From: an uncultured Marinoscillum sp.
Lineage (GTDB): Bacteria > Bacteroidota > Bacteroidia > Cytophagales > MED-G16
Reading direction: 5' to 3'
Assembly: GCA_902628365.1 (NCBI GenBank)
Contig: CACOMW010000003.1
Coordinates: 697 to 64,696 of the forward strand
Length of the DNA: 64,000 nucleotides
Each line of letters begins with the position of its first letter. The stretch's first letter is position 1. The translations under genes were made by a program, and so were the position numbers. A model generated the notes under the pieces. The model was not told the DNA's origin. It ran no database searches and was given only the letters and a program-made list of their open reading frames with translations. Positions 1 to 9,224 of this stretch are shown piece after piece.

Positions 1-2
1 CT

Positions 3-452
3 ACAGGTACAATAAATGTTTTAGCAGTAGATTCTAATAGTGATGTTGCCGGAATAACAACTACAAGTGGTCTTGCTTATAAAATACCCGGAAGAATTGG
101 TGATTCACCTATAATTGGAGCTGGATTATATGTAGATAATGAGGTAGGTGCAGCTGGTGCTACTGGAAGAGGAGAAGAGATTTTAAGAACTTGTGGATCA
201 TTCTTTGTCGTTGAGCAAATGAGAAATGGTAAAACTCCCCAAGAAGCATGTGAAGCATTATGTAAAAAAATTGTTGATATTAATGGTGGAACTAAAAATA
301 TTGATTTCAATGATAAAATTGTTGCTTTAGGAAAAGATGGATCAGTAGGCTGTGCATCAATCAAAGAAAAAAAAGGAAATGAACCAAAACTATCATACTG
401 GTCTAAAAATGGATTCAAAGTTTATAGAGGGACTTATTTGATTGAGGAATAA
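3..452 (+). CDS. N(4)-(beta-N-acetylglucosaminyl)-L-asparaginase / isoaspartyl peptidase family (Ntn hydrolase), 5'-truncated by window edge
   Basis: Frame is open from position 3: TGTINVLAVD..AGITTTSGLAYKIPGRIGDSPIIGAG..GAAGATGRGE. These are the beta-subunit Thr nucleophile and GRxGDSP motifs. The track ORF 219..452 is only its tail. Confidence 0.9.
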   Translation, partial: TGTINVLAVDSNSDVAGITTTSGLAYKIPGRIGDSPIIGAGLYVDNEVGAAGATGRGEEILRTCGSFFVVEQMRNGKTPQEACEALCKKIVDINGGTKNIDFNDKIVALGKDGSVGCASIKEKKGNEPKLSYWSKNGFKVYRGTYLIEE

Positions 453-1286
453 TTAATAAATTATATATGTTAATTTTATTAAAAATTCATTTTCGGTATC
501 TCCTTTTCTTATTTTATAACTAAAATCTAATCTAGATCTAGATAAGAATATAAATTGTATACCTGGAGCCAAAGTAGATGAAAACTTATTGAACCGTTCA
601 GGAAAGGATTTATTGGTTATGGTATTAGTTATATACTCTAAGTATATATTAAAATTTGTTTGCTTGTATGATTTATATTTTCTGGGAAAAACTAAATACC
701 CAGCTGATATCGAATTTTTTAAAGTACCTAGCCTAAATAAGTTATTAGACTTATCATAAATATCATTTACTCTTGTATAAGCTGAAGTTATTGAAATAGC
801 TAGTTTTTTGATAAGTTGTGTACCTATTAAACCAAATTCAAAACCATTATCTTGTAGTTCTAAATCAATATTACTTTTCATAAATTTTTCTTTATGAAAA
901 GAATATTTTACAAATGAAGATAATCTAGTATGATTTTTTTGTTTGTCTGTTGTAAAAATTCTTTGTTTTGAATATAATTTGAATCCATTAAAACCAAAAT
1001 TAGTACTCAGATCTTTTTCATAAGGTTTATTAGAAAATTGAAAACTTCCACTAATCATAATTTTTTTTGACAAACCATAGGCTAAAGAAGGTGTAAACAA
1101 TAAAGCATTCTTGATACTTTCCTTTTCATTAGTTTGATTTAAAAAAATGTTAGAATAATTAAATCGAATAACTTTTGTTCCTTTTGGAATTAAGCTGGCA
1201 GCTTCAGTATTAATATATAATTCCTGAGAATAAGAGTTATTATATAAAAAAAGAAAAATTAGAAAAAAAAGAAATATTTTTTTCAT
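453..1286 (-). CDS. Hypothetical secreted protein, probable outer-membrane beta-barrel
   Basis: Signal peptide (..SYS-QE), alternating hydrophobic strands, aromatic C-terminus (LTYIIY). Confidence 0.55.
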   Translation of the reverse strand: MKKIFLFFLIFLFLYNNSYSQELYINTEAASLIPKGTKVIRFNYSNIFLNQTNEKESIKNALLFTPSLAYGLSKKIMISGSFQFSNKPYEKDLSTNFGFNGFKLYSKQRIFTTDKQKNHTRLSSFVKYSFHKEKFMKSNIDLELQDNGFEFGLIGTQLIKKLAISITSAYTRVNDIYDKSNNLFRLGTLKNSISAGYLVFPRKYKSYKQTNFNIYLEYITNTITNKSFPERFNKFSSTLAPGIQFIFLSRSRLDFSYKIRKGDTENEFLIKLTYIIY

Positions 1287-1299
1287 CCAATAAATATTA

Positions 1300-1842
1300 T
1301 TAAATATCAGACTTTAGATGAAATAATTTATTTGATTTTAGGTTTTCATGATTAGTACAACATGATTTAGAATGCCTTCCAGTCAAATAACATGAATGAT
1401 TTGTTTTAGAAGATAATTGATCAAATTTTTCTTTATCAATAAAATTTTTATCAACTAATTTGAAAACCTTTGATTCTTTATTTTCATCAGAAAAAAAATG
1501 GAATAAGTTATTATCAATTAAGCTATGTGAATCATTCGGTGTTAATAAAGCATTTTCAAAAATAATTTCTGTTTCACCAAGAAAAAAACCTGCATCTTCA
1601 ATTTTTTCTTGGATCAAATCAAAATCCACAAACATACCTTCTTTAAATTCTAGAATAAATGAGGTGGATTCTAAATCAGGAATAATATCCTTTATAAAGT
1701 CTAACTTTTCTAAACTTCTATGAGTAGAATAAGAACACATAGCACAGGTTAGTCCATTAACTTCAATTTTTGAATGAAATTTTTGTGAAAAACCAGAAAA
1801 GAAAAAAGAAAAAAGAAAAAAAATGATAAAGTATTTTTTCAT
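1300..1842 (-). CDS. Exported heavy-metal-associated (HMA) domain protein
   Basis: VNGLTCAMC metal-binding motif after a signal peptide; His/Cys-rich tail (HSC..HSKSCCTNH). Start moved to ATG at 1842 (MKKYFIIFF). Confidence 0.8.
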   Translation of the reverse strand: MKKYFIIFFLFSFFFSGFSQKFHSKIEVNGLTCAMCSYSTHRSLEKLDFIKDIIPDLESTSFILEFKEGMFVDFDLIQEKIEDAGFFLGETEIIFENALLTPNDSHSLIDNNLFHFFSDENKESKVFKLVDKNFIDKEKFDQLSSKTNHSCYLTGRHSKSCCTNHENLKSNKLFHLKSDI

Positions 1843-1948
1843 AATTAATTTAATTTGTAGCAATCAAGAGTAAAAATAATTAAATTCATAATTATAATTG
1901 CCTTTTTACTTAAAAAGATAATTACTATAAGTATATCAAAATATCTTA

Positions 1949-2428
1949 ATGAAAAACACTATTTACATCATACTTTATTTGATATTGTTCATTTCCTGCA
2001 GCAAAAAAAATAAAAATGATTTTGAAATAAATTCAAGCTATTTAACAGATCTAAATGATAATCAAATTGATCTTGATTCATATCACGGAAACGTTTTGTT
2101 TTTAAACCTTTGGGCTACATGGTGTAAACCATGTATTGTAGAATTTGAAGATATTATGAATTCAAAAGAACTTTTTGAAAAAGATAGTATAAAATTTGTT
2201 GCAATTTCAAACGAAAATATAAACACAATAAAATCTTTCGTTCAAAAAAATAAATATGATATTGAATTTCTAAAACTTGAAGGAGATTATTCGTATTTTG
2301 ATGCTTATGGATTACCTACTACAATCATTTTTGATAAATCTGGTAAAGAGATATTTAGAACTAGCGGCATGAAAAAAAATCAATTCACTTCTAAAAGTTT
2401 TATACGAAAAATAAAAAAATTATTGTGA
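1949..2428 (+). CDS. TlpA/ResA-family thiol-disulfide oxidoreductase lipoprotein
   Basis: LNLWATWCKPC active site, GLPTT cis-Pro motif, lipobox FISC. Confidence 0.9.
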   Translation: MKNTIYIILYLILFISCSKKNKNDFEINSSYLTDLNDNQIDLDSYHGNVLFLNLWATWCKPCIVEFEDIMNSKELFEKDSIKFVAISNENINTIKSFVQKNKYDIEFLKLEGDYSYFDAYGLPTTIIFDKSGKEIFRTSGMKKNQFTSKSFIRKIKKLL

Positions 2429-3069
2429 TAGAATCAAATTACAATTATAAAACTCATTGGGATAATGCATATAAAAAAAATTCATCTAAAAATCTTGGTT
2501 GGTTTGAATCTGATCCTAAGTTATCAATAGAATTGATTGAAAAATGCAATTTAAATAAAAATTCTGTGCTATTCAATGCTGGAGCAGGTACTTCAAAATT
2601 AATCAAAATACTAATCAAAAAAGGATTCAAAAATATTATAATAAATGATATATCGTCAATAGCAATAAAAAAACTTCAAAACAAACTTCAAAACAAGCCT
2701 TCAATAAAATTTATACAAGATGATTTAACAAATCCAAAAAAATTATCGAAGATAAATAAAGTTGACTTATGGCATGATCGAGCTGTTTTACATTTTTTTC
2801 AAGAAAAATACCAACAAGAAAATTATTTTAATTTATTAAAAAAAGTTGTTAAAAAAGATGGTCATGTTATTCTATGTGAATTTAACTTAGATGGTGCAAA
2901 AAAATGTTGTGGGTTAGATATATTTAACTATGATAAAAAAATGCTTATAAAAAAACTTGGCAAAGATTTTGAATTATTAGAAGCTATCAATTACACATAT
3001 AAACATCCATATAATGGAAATAAAAGAAAATATATTTATACTTTATTTAAAAGAATAAATTATAATTAA
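2425..3069 (+). CDS. Class I SAM-dependent methyltransferase
   Basis: HW..Y N-terminus, NAGAGTS motif I, NDIS, DLWHDRAVLHF. Confidence 0.88.
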   Translation: MIESNYNYKTHWDNAYKKNSSKNLGWFESDPKLSIELIEKCNLNKNSVLFNAGAGTSKLIKILIKKGFKNIIINDISSIAIKKLQNKLQNKPSIKFIQDDLTNPKKLSKINKVDLWHDRAVLHFFQEKYQQENYFNLLKKVVKKDGHVILCEFNLDGAKKCCGLDIFNYDKKMLIKKLGKDFELLEAINYTYKHPYNGNKRKYIYTLFKRINYN

Positions 3070-4070
3070 TTACAAGCACACCTAAATCCTGTATGAGACA
3101 TTCCAGAATCTGGACTAGACTTCATTCTAGCAGTTACTCTATAGCCAGAACAATAACTTGAATTGCATAAAAATGAACCACCCCTCAGAACCCGTTTTTT
3201 GGAATATGGTTCTTGAGGATCAAAAGATTGATTAGGTCCTTTTGGATTAATTGATAATGACTCATTTTTTTTATAGTAATTATAATCATACCAGTCACTA
3301 CACCACTCCCAAACATTTCCTGCCATATCATAAAGCCCATAACCATTAGGAATATATGTTTTAACTGGCGCAGTATAATAATATCCATCTTTTATTGTGT
3401 TAAAAAAAGGAAAATCCCCCTCCCAAGAATTTAAAAAACTTGATGATAATAACCCATTTCCCCATGTAAAATTAACATCATTTTTTCCACCTTTAGCTGC
3501 AAATTCCCACTCGGCTTCTGTAGGCAACCTTTTACCTTTCCACTTACAATATTCAAGAGCGTCAAAGTATGATATATGTACCACCGGATGATTCATAATT
3601 TCCTTAATAGAAGAGCCTTCACCAAAAGGATGTTTCCAATTTGCACCTTTTCTCCATTCCCACCAGGTTGAAACATCTGAAAGTGGGACTTTATTAGTTG
3701 ATGGTTTAAAAACCAAAGAAGAAGCAACAAATAAACTATCATGTGGTTTTTGAATCCCAGGTGGCAATTGAGTTTTTATTTCTTCCCAAGTAGGTTTAAT
3801 TTCTGCAGTAGTAACATAATTAGTTTCATTAACAAAATCCATAAATTCAGAGTTAGTAATTTCAGTTTGATCTATCCAAAATCCATTCAATTTGACCTTA
3901 TGTGAAGGAAATTCATCATTTCTAGCTTCAAAGTGATTCATGCCCCCCATCATAAATTCACCCGGTTTTATCCATGACATTCCTGTATAATCCTTTTGTT
4001 TATTGCAGCTGAATAAAGGAATTAAAATGATAAAAAAAATATTAAAAAAATTATTTTTTTTATTTATCAT
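3066..4070 (-). CDS. Formylglycine-generating enzyme (FGE/SUMF1 family) lipoprotein
   Basis: HPVVHIS, RLPTEAEWEFAA, NGYGLYDMAGNVWEW, RGGSFLCNSSYC (two catalytic Cys), GFRC. Confidence 0.92.
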   Translation of the reverse strand: MINKKNNFFNIFFIILIPLFSCNKQKDYTGMSWIKPGEFMMGGMNHFEARNDEFPSHKVKLNGFWIDQTEITNSEFMDFVNETNYVTTAEIKPTWEEIKTQLPPGIQKPHDSLFVASSLVFKPSTNKVPLSDVSTWWEWRKGANWKHPFGEGSSIKEIMNHPVVHISYFDALEYCKWKGKRLPTEAEWEFAAKGGKNDVNFTWGNGLLSSSFLNSWEGDFPFFNTIKDGYYYTAPVKTYIPNGYGLYDMAGNVWEWCSDWYDYNYYKKNESLSINPKGPNQSFDPQEPYSKKRVLRGGSFLCNSSYCSGYRVTARMKSSPDSGMSHTGFRCACN

Positions 4071-5186
4071 CTATTCTGAACTATTAATTATTCTTTTTGT
4101 CATAATATATTTTTCCATATGATAACTATCATAATCCTTATCATTTGGACTCACAGAACTAATTCTCACATTTTTTGAAGATTGTATAAACTTATTATTC
4201 CCTAACCACATGCCTACATGATCTATTTTTAATTTTTCATCATTTTTATATCCAAAAAATAATAAATCTCCAATTTTCAAATTTCCCCAATTACTAACAG
4301 AATCAACAATTTGACCAATTTGTATTTGTTGTGAAGCATCTCTAGGAATAATTAATCCATTCATATAATATAATGTTTTTGTAAATCCACTACAATCAAA
4401 ACCATTAGATGAGGTTCCTCCCCATAAATATGGAATACCAACTAATTTTTCAGCATTTAAAACTAATGCTTCTAGATCATTATTTTTTAATTCATCAAAA
4501 GAAGAATATTTAATAAATTTTGAGTTATCAACCCATCCAGTTCTTCCATCTGGATACATTACCTTAAATTGATTTGATTCTTCATTAATTAATTTTAAAA
4601 CACTTCCCATAACAATGTCTGAAACTATTTTTTTCTTATTTCTATCTTTAAATGAAAAACCAAAAACTTCATTAAAAATGACTTTCTCACCTTCAAAATA
4701 GTTTTTAAATTCCTTTTCTTTTAGATTGGTAAACCCTCCATGATCTATCCAAGAAATATATCCTTCAGGGGTTTTGACCAAATACCATTCACCATCTTTT
4801 TTTAAAACTTTTAGTTTGGTACCTAAAACAGCTTGTGAAACTAATTCTGATGAATGACTAGGTGATTTTCTTAAATTTGATACAGAATTATTTACGATTC
4901 CAAAATTTGGAACAGAAGAATCAGGTAAAATAGTTATACTATCATTGATATCAATATTATTTGATTCAATTAATTTTAAAAATTCTAATTTGGCTTCTTT
5001 AGAATCAGTTTCTCCTTTTATTGTATTTGTTTCACCATTAAAATTAACTTTCCATAATGCAGTTCTACTATCTGGAGCATGCTTACTTTTTATACTATTT
5101 ATATGGGCCAATACTAAATCATTTTTATTTTCTTTACAGGAAAAAAAAATTAAGATAAAAAAAATAAAAAAGTAGATTGTCCTCAT
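4071..5186 (-). CDS. SH3b + NlpC/P60 peptidase (dipeptidyl-peptidase VI / YkfC-like) lipoprotein
   Basis: PYLWGG, FDCSGF, PRDASQQ, GDLLFF, DHVG catalytic motifs; two SH3-like segments; lipobox FFSC. Confidence 0.9.
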   Translation of the reverse strand: MRTIYFFIFFILIFFSCKENKNDLVLAHINSIKSKHAPDSRTALWKVNFNGETNTIKGETDSKEAKLEFLKLIESNNIDINDSITILPDSSVPNFGIVNNSVSNLRKSPSHSSELVSQAVLGTKLKVLKKDGEWYLVKTPEGYISWIDHGGFTNLKEKEFKNYFEGEKVIFNEVFGFSFKDRNKKKIVSDIVMGSVLKLINEESNQFKVMYPDGRTGWVDNSKFIKYSSFDELKNNDLEALVLNAEKLVGIPYLWGGTSSNGFDCSGFTKTLYYMNGLIIPRDASQQIQIGQIVDSVSNWGNLKIGDLLFFGYKNDEKLKIDHVGMWLGNNKFIQSSKNVRISSVSPNDKDYDSYHMEKYIMTKRIINSSE

Positions 5187-5189
5187 AAA

Positions 5190-6371
5190 CTATTTTAATG
5201 TCTCAAATTTATCAAAAATATCAATCATATAAGGCAGAGACCCAGAAGCATGGTCCTTTCCTTGCAAAGTATTTAAAGAAATAATTGAAGAAGAAGTTCC
5301 TAATTTTATAAAATTATCATATGTAGTTACAGAATTATTATAAGGAACTGCTATATCATCTGTACCATGATATAAATACATTTTAGTTTTAGGTATCCAA
5401 TTATTTAGACTATTTTCTTCAAAAGCACTAATTATTTCAGAGTATTTTGAACTAGAATGAACATTATTTTTAAATTCTTCAGTCAGAAGACTATCTATGT
5501 TATATGTTAAAACATTGTTAATCTGTCCACCTGAATAAGATCCATTAAAATAATTAGGTATTATTGAAGCAAAAGGCTCTTTAAAAATATCTGACAATTC
5601 TAAATTCCATTTATAAGTTGTTTTATAAGAAATCGCTACATAAGCTAAATAATAAGGATGAGGATAAGTTTTAAGGCTCAAAAAGTAATCTAACATGCCA
5701 AGAATATCATAACCACCTGCTGCAGGTGCTGATGCTACTAAATTTATACCTTTTGGATTATTCTCTTCAATATTCTTATGTGCAGCCATAGTTGCGAATC
5801 CTCCTTCAGAATATCCAGCTAAAAAAACATCACCATTAAAATTATAGTTCTCTATTTCAGCCAGTTCTTTTACAGCTTTTAACATATCTACAACAGTGTT
5901 TCCAATTATATCAGATCTATAATAAGGATGGAGAATATCCTTTGAGGATCCAAAACCAAGGTAATCTGGCATTAAAAAAATATAACCAAGACTTGCTGCA
6001 TTAGAGAAAAAACTATAAGTAACTAAATTATCTGATGGAGCATCTATATGTCTAGATTCTGTTCCATGATGAAAACTTAGCATAGGAACTGGTTGATCTG
6101 TGTCAGGAAATGAAACTAATCCAGAAGCAATAATTTCTTCACCTAAATATGTGGTTTTATATGTAATAGTGTAAAGTGAGAGACCATATTTAGCTTTATT
6201 AGATATAACTGAAAATTCAGAATTATTAACTGATTTTAAAACATTTTCATAATCTTGAGAAAATAATTTTAAATAGGAATTTAAGCTATTAATAGATATT
6301 TCATCTTCATCACAGCCAGAAAAGAGATAGGAAAAAAATATTATAAGAAAAAAATTAAATAATTTTTTCAT
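5190..6371 (-). CDS. Secretory lipase-type alpha/beta hydrolase lipoprotein
   Basis: HHGT, PDYLGFG, GYSEGG nucleophile elbow, HGTDD, DH catalytic His; lipobox FSGC. Confidence 0.85.
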   Translation of the reverse strand: MKKLFNFFLIIFFSYLFSGCDEDEISINSLNSYLKLFSQDYENVLKSVNNSEFSVISNKAKYGLSLYTITYKTTYLGEEIIASGLVSFPDTDQPVPMLSFHHGTESRHIDAPSDNLVTYSFFSNAASLGYIFLMPDYLGFGSSKDILHPYYRSDIIGNTVVDMLKAVKELAEIENYNFNGDVFLAGYSEGGFATMAAHKNIEENNPKGINLVASAPAAGGYDILGMLDYFLSLKTYPHPYYLAYVAISYKTTYKWNLELSDIFKEPFASIIPNYFNGSYSGGQINNVLTYNIDSLLTEEFKNNVHSSSKYSEIISAFEENSLNNWIPKTKMYLYHGTDDIAVPYNNSVTTYDNFIKLGTSSSIISLNTLQGKDHASGSLPYMIDIFDKFETLK

Positions 6372-6394
6372 TTAAATTATTATCTAAAATTAAG

Positions 6395-6415
6395 TAAGCA
6401 AATATAATTTGCTTA
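6395..6415. promoter_or_regulatory. Palindromic pair of overlapping Bacteroidota -7 promoter elements in a divergent intergenic region
   Basis: TAAGCAAAT-ATA-ATTTGCTTA is a perfect 9-bp inverted repeat. It contains TATATTTG on the minus strand (6399-6406) and TAATTTGC on the plus strand (6405-6412). Confidence 0.55.
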
Positions 6416-6425
6416 ATATTGAACA

Positions 6426-7886
6426 ATGCAAGAATATGGATTTTTATCAGTTATTCCTCCACTAATAGCTATTTTTTTGGCCATTAGAACAAAACAAGTA
6501 TTTATTTCTCTTCTAACGGGAATTTTTATTGGATGGCTAATTATTGGTAAGTGGAATATATTAAGTGGGGTTCTTTTAACAATTGATGGAATTGTAAATG
6601 TATTTCAAGATCCTGGAAATACTAGAGTTATAATTTTTACATTTTTGGTTGGCTCTTTAATTACATTTATTCAAGTTTCAGGAGGTGTAGCTGGATTTGT
6701 AAATAGTGTAAAAAAATACTTCAATAGTGACGAAAATAGAATAAATAGAAGTAGAAAAAAAGCACAAATATTTGCTGCTTTTACTGGAATGATAATTTTT
6801 GTTGAATCAAATATTTCCGCTTTAACAGTAGGAACAATTTTTAGACCAATCTTTGATAAATTAAAAATTTCTAGAGAAAAATTAGCTTACATTGCTGATT
6901 CAACTTCTGCACCTTCTAAACTATTAATTCCTTTTAATGGATGGGGTGCATTTATTATGGGTTTACTTCTTACTCAAGGAATTGATAATCCTTTTTTGGG
7001 ATTAATTAATGCGATGCCTTATAACTTTTATCCTATACTTGTCATAATTGTTTTATTTTATTTTATAATGTCTGGAAAAGATATTGGTGCTATGAAATCA
7101 GCTGAAATAAGAACAAAGAAAGGAAAAGTTTTTAATGAAGGTTCATTACCAATGATATCTGATGAAATAACAATAATTAAAACTAAAAAAGGTATAAAAG
7201 AAAATTCATTAAATATGTTTATACCATTGGGATCAATGATTTTAATTATGCCATTCATGCTATTATACACCGGATATAGTACTGAGTTGAATGACAATTC
7301 TTTTTTTGGAATAATTGGAAATGCTTCGGGATCTAAGTCAGTATTATATTCTATTTTTTTTACTATTATTATTTCATCATTTTACTACGTAATAAAAAAA
7401 ATTATGACAATTAGGGAAATTATAAATAACACTTTAAAAGGAATGTCTGGAATGGTTTCAATGGCTGTTTTAATTTTATTAGCTTTTGCTATAGGTAACC
7501 TATGTAACGAACTAGGAACTGGTCAATATGTATCTGAATCTTTAAAAGGTATTATTTCTCCTAAATTTATCCCTGTTTTATTATTCTTAACTAGTTGTTT
7601 TATATCCTTCTCAACAGGAACATCATGGGGAACATTTGCAATTATGATAGCAATTGCAGTTCCTATATCAAATCAAATTGGAATAGACACACATGTTGCA
7701 ATAGCAGCTTCACTTGGCGGGGGGCTTTTTGGTGATCACTGCTCACCCATTTCAGATACTTCAGTTATTTCATCTATGGCATCTGCAAGTGATCATATTG
7801 ATCACGTAAAAACTCAGCTTCCTTATGCTTTAATTTCAGGTGTATTAACCGCTTTTTTATATTTAATTATTGGAATGAACTATTAA
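6426..7886 (+). CDS. Na+/H+ antiporter NhaC-family transporter
   Basis: SREKLAYIADSTSAP, FSTGTSWGTF, GDHCSPISDT, DHVKTQLPYA motifs; polytopic membrane protein. Confidence 0.9.
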   Translation: MQEYGFLSVIPPLIAIFLAIRTKQVFISLLTGIFIGWLIIGKWNILSGVLLTIDGIVNVFQDPGNTRVIIFTFLVGSLITFIQVSGGVAGFVNSVKKYFNSDENRINRSRKKAQIFAAFTGMIIFVESNISALTVGTIFRPIFDKLKISREKLAYIADSTSAPSKLLIPFNGWGAFIMGLLLTQGIDNPFLGLINAMPYNFYPILVIIVLFYFIMSGKDIGAMKSAEIRTKKGKVFNEGSLPMISDEITIIKTKKGIKENSLNMFIPLGSMILIMPFMLLYTGYSTELNDNSFFGIIGNASGSKSVLYSIFFTIIISSFYYVIKKIMTIREIINNTLKGMSGMVSMAVLILLAFAIGNLCNELGTGQYVSESLKGIISPKFIPVLLFLTSCFISFSTGTSWGTFAIMIAIAVPISNQIGIDTHVAIAASLGGGLFGDHCSPISDTSVISSMASASDHIDHVKTQLPYALISGVLTAFLYLIIGMNY

Positions 7887-7890
7887 GTAA

Positions 7891-9219
7891 TTAAATATAC
7901 CTGTTAATAATATTTTCAAATAATTCTTGTCTTCCAGAAATTAGCTTTGGCTCTTTCAGTTTAGAGGCATGCTGATATAAGTCTTTCATGGAAATTTTTC
8001 CATCTTCAAAATCTTTTCCTTTTCCTACATCGAAAGAAGCATACCTTTCTTGCAATAATTTAGAATATTCAGAATCATTTAATATTTTTTCCGTTATTAA
8101 TAATCCTTTTGCAAAAAGATCTATGGCTCCTATATGAGAATAAAACATATCATTTAAATCAATAGAGTTTCTTCTTGTTTTAGCATCAAAATTGATACCT
8201 CCACCTTGAAAACCACCAGATTGTATAATCACTAAAAGAGACTCTACAATTTCATATATATTATTAGGAAATTGATCAGTATCCCATCCATTTTGATAAT
8301 CTCCCCTATTTGCATCCATGCTTCCAAGCATATTACTGTTTGCCGCTACCTGAAGCTCGTGCTGAAATGTATGACTTGCTAGAGTTGCATGATTAACCTC
8401 AATATTTAATTTAAAATCTTTATCAAGACCGTAATGCTCTAAAAACCCAATAACTGTAGCAGCATCAAAATCATATTGATGTTTGGTAGGTTCCATAGGT
8501 TTAGGTTCAATAAAAAAACATCCCTTAAAACCTTGTGATCGTGCATAATCTTTTGAAAGATGAAGGAATTTTGCTAGATGATCAAGTTCTCTTTTCATAT
8601 CTGTATTTAAAAGTGACATGTATCCTTCCCTACCTCCCCAAAAAACATAATTTTCACCACCGAGTTCAATGGTGACGTCGAGTGCGTTTTTTACTTGGGC
8701 AGCCGCAACAGATAGTATATCGAATTCTGGATTTGTAGCAGCTCCATTCATATATCTTGGATTTGAAAAAAGATTAGCTGTTCCCCAAAGAACATTAATA
8801 TCTGATTCCTTTATCTTTTCTTTTGCATAACTTGTAATTTTTTCTAGTCTTTTTTCTGATTCAGACAGAGAGGATCCTTCTTCGATCAAGTCAAAATCAT
8901 GAAAACAAAAATGCTTTAATCCTAACTTGGAAATAAATTCAAAAGCAGCGTCCATTTTATCACAAGCATTTTGAAAAGGATCAGAAGATTTTGACCATGG
9001 AAAAGACTTAGTGCCAACTCCAAATGGATCATTTCCAGGGTTTACAAATGAATGCCAATAAGCAACTGCAAATTTAAAATGTTCACCCATTTTTTTTCCA
9101 AGGACAATCTTATTTTCATCATAAAATCTATATGAAAAGGGATTTTTAGAATCTTTTCCCTCAAATTTTATTTTTTTAACATCCTTAAAATATTCTCTAT
9201 CTCCTAGTACAATTGACAT
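7891..9219 (-). CDS. xylA: Xylose isomerase
   Basis: FAVAYWH, FCFHDFD, VFWGGREGY, IEPKPMEPTKHQYD, GWDTDQF. Confidence 0.97.
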   Translation of the reverse strand: MSIVLGDREYFKDVKKIKFEGKDSKNPFSYRFYDENKIVLGKKMGEHFKFAVAYWHSFVNPGNDPFGVGTKSFPWSKSSDPFQNACDKMDAAFEFISKLGLKHFCFHDFDLIEEGSSLSESEKRLEKITSYAKEKIKESDINVLWGTANLFSNPRYMNGAATNPEFDILSVAAAQVKNALDVTIELGGENYVFWGGREGYMSLLNTDMKRELDHLAKFLHLSKDYARSQGFKGCFFIEPKPMEPTKHQYDFDAATVIGFLEHYGLDKDFKLNIEVNHATLASHTFQHELQVAANSNMLGSMDANRGDYQNGWDTDQFPNNIYEIVESLLVIIQSGGFQGGGINFDAKTRRNSIDLNDMFYSHIGAIDLFAKGLLITEKILNDSEYSKLLQERYASFDVGKGKDFEDGKISMKDLYQHASKLKEPKLISGRQELFENIINRYI

Positions 9220-9224
9220 GTTTA

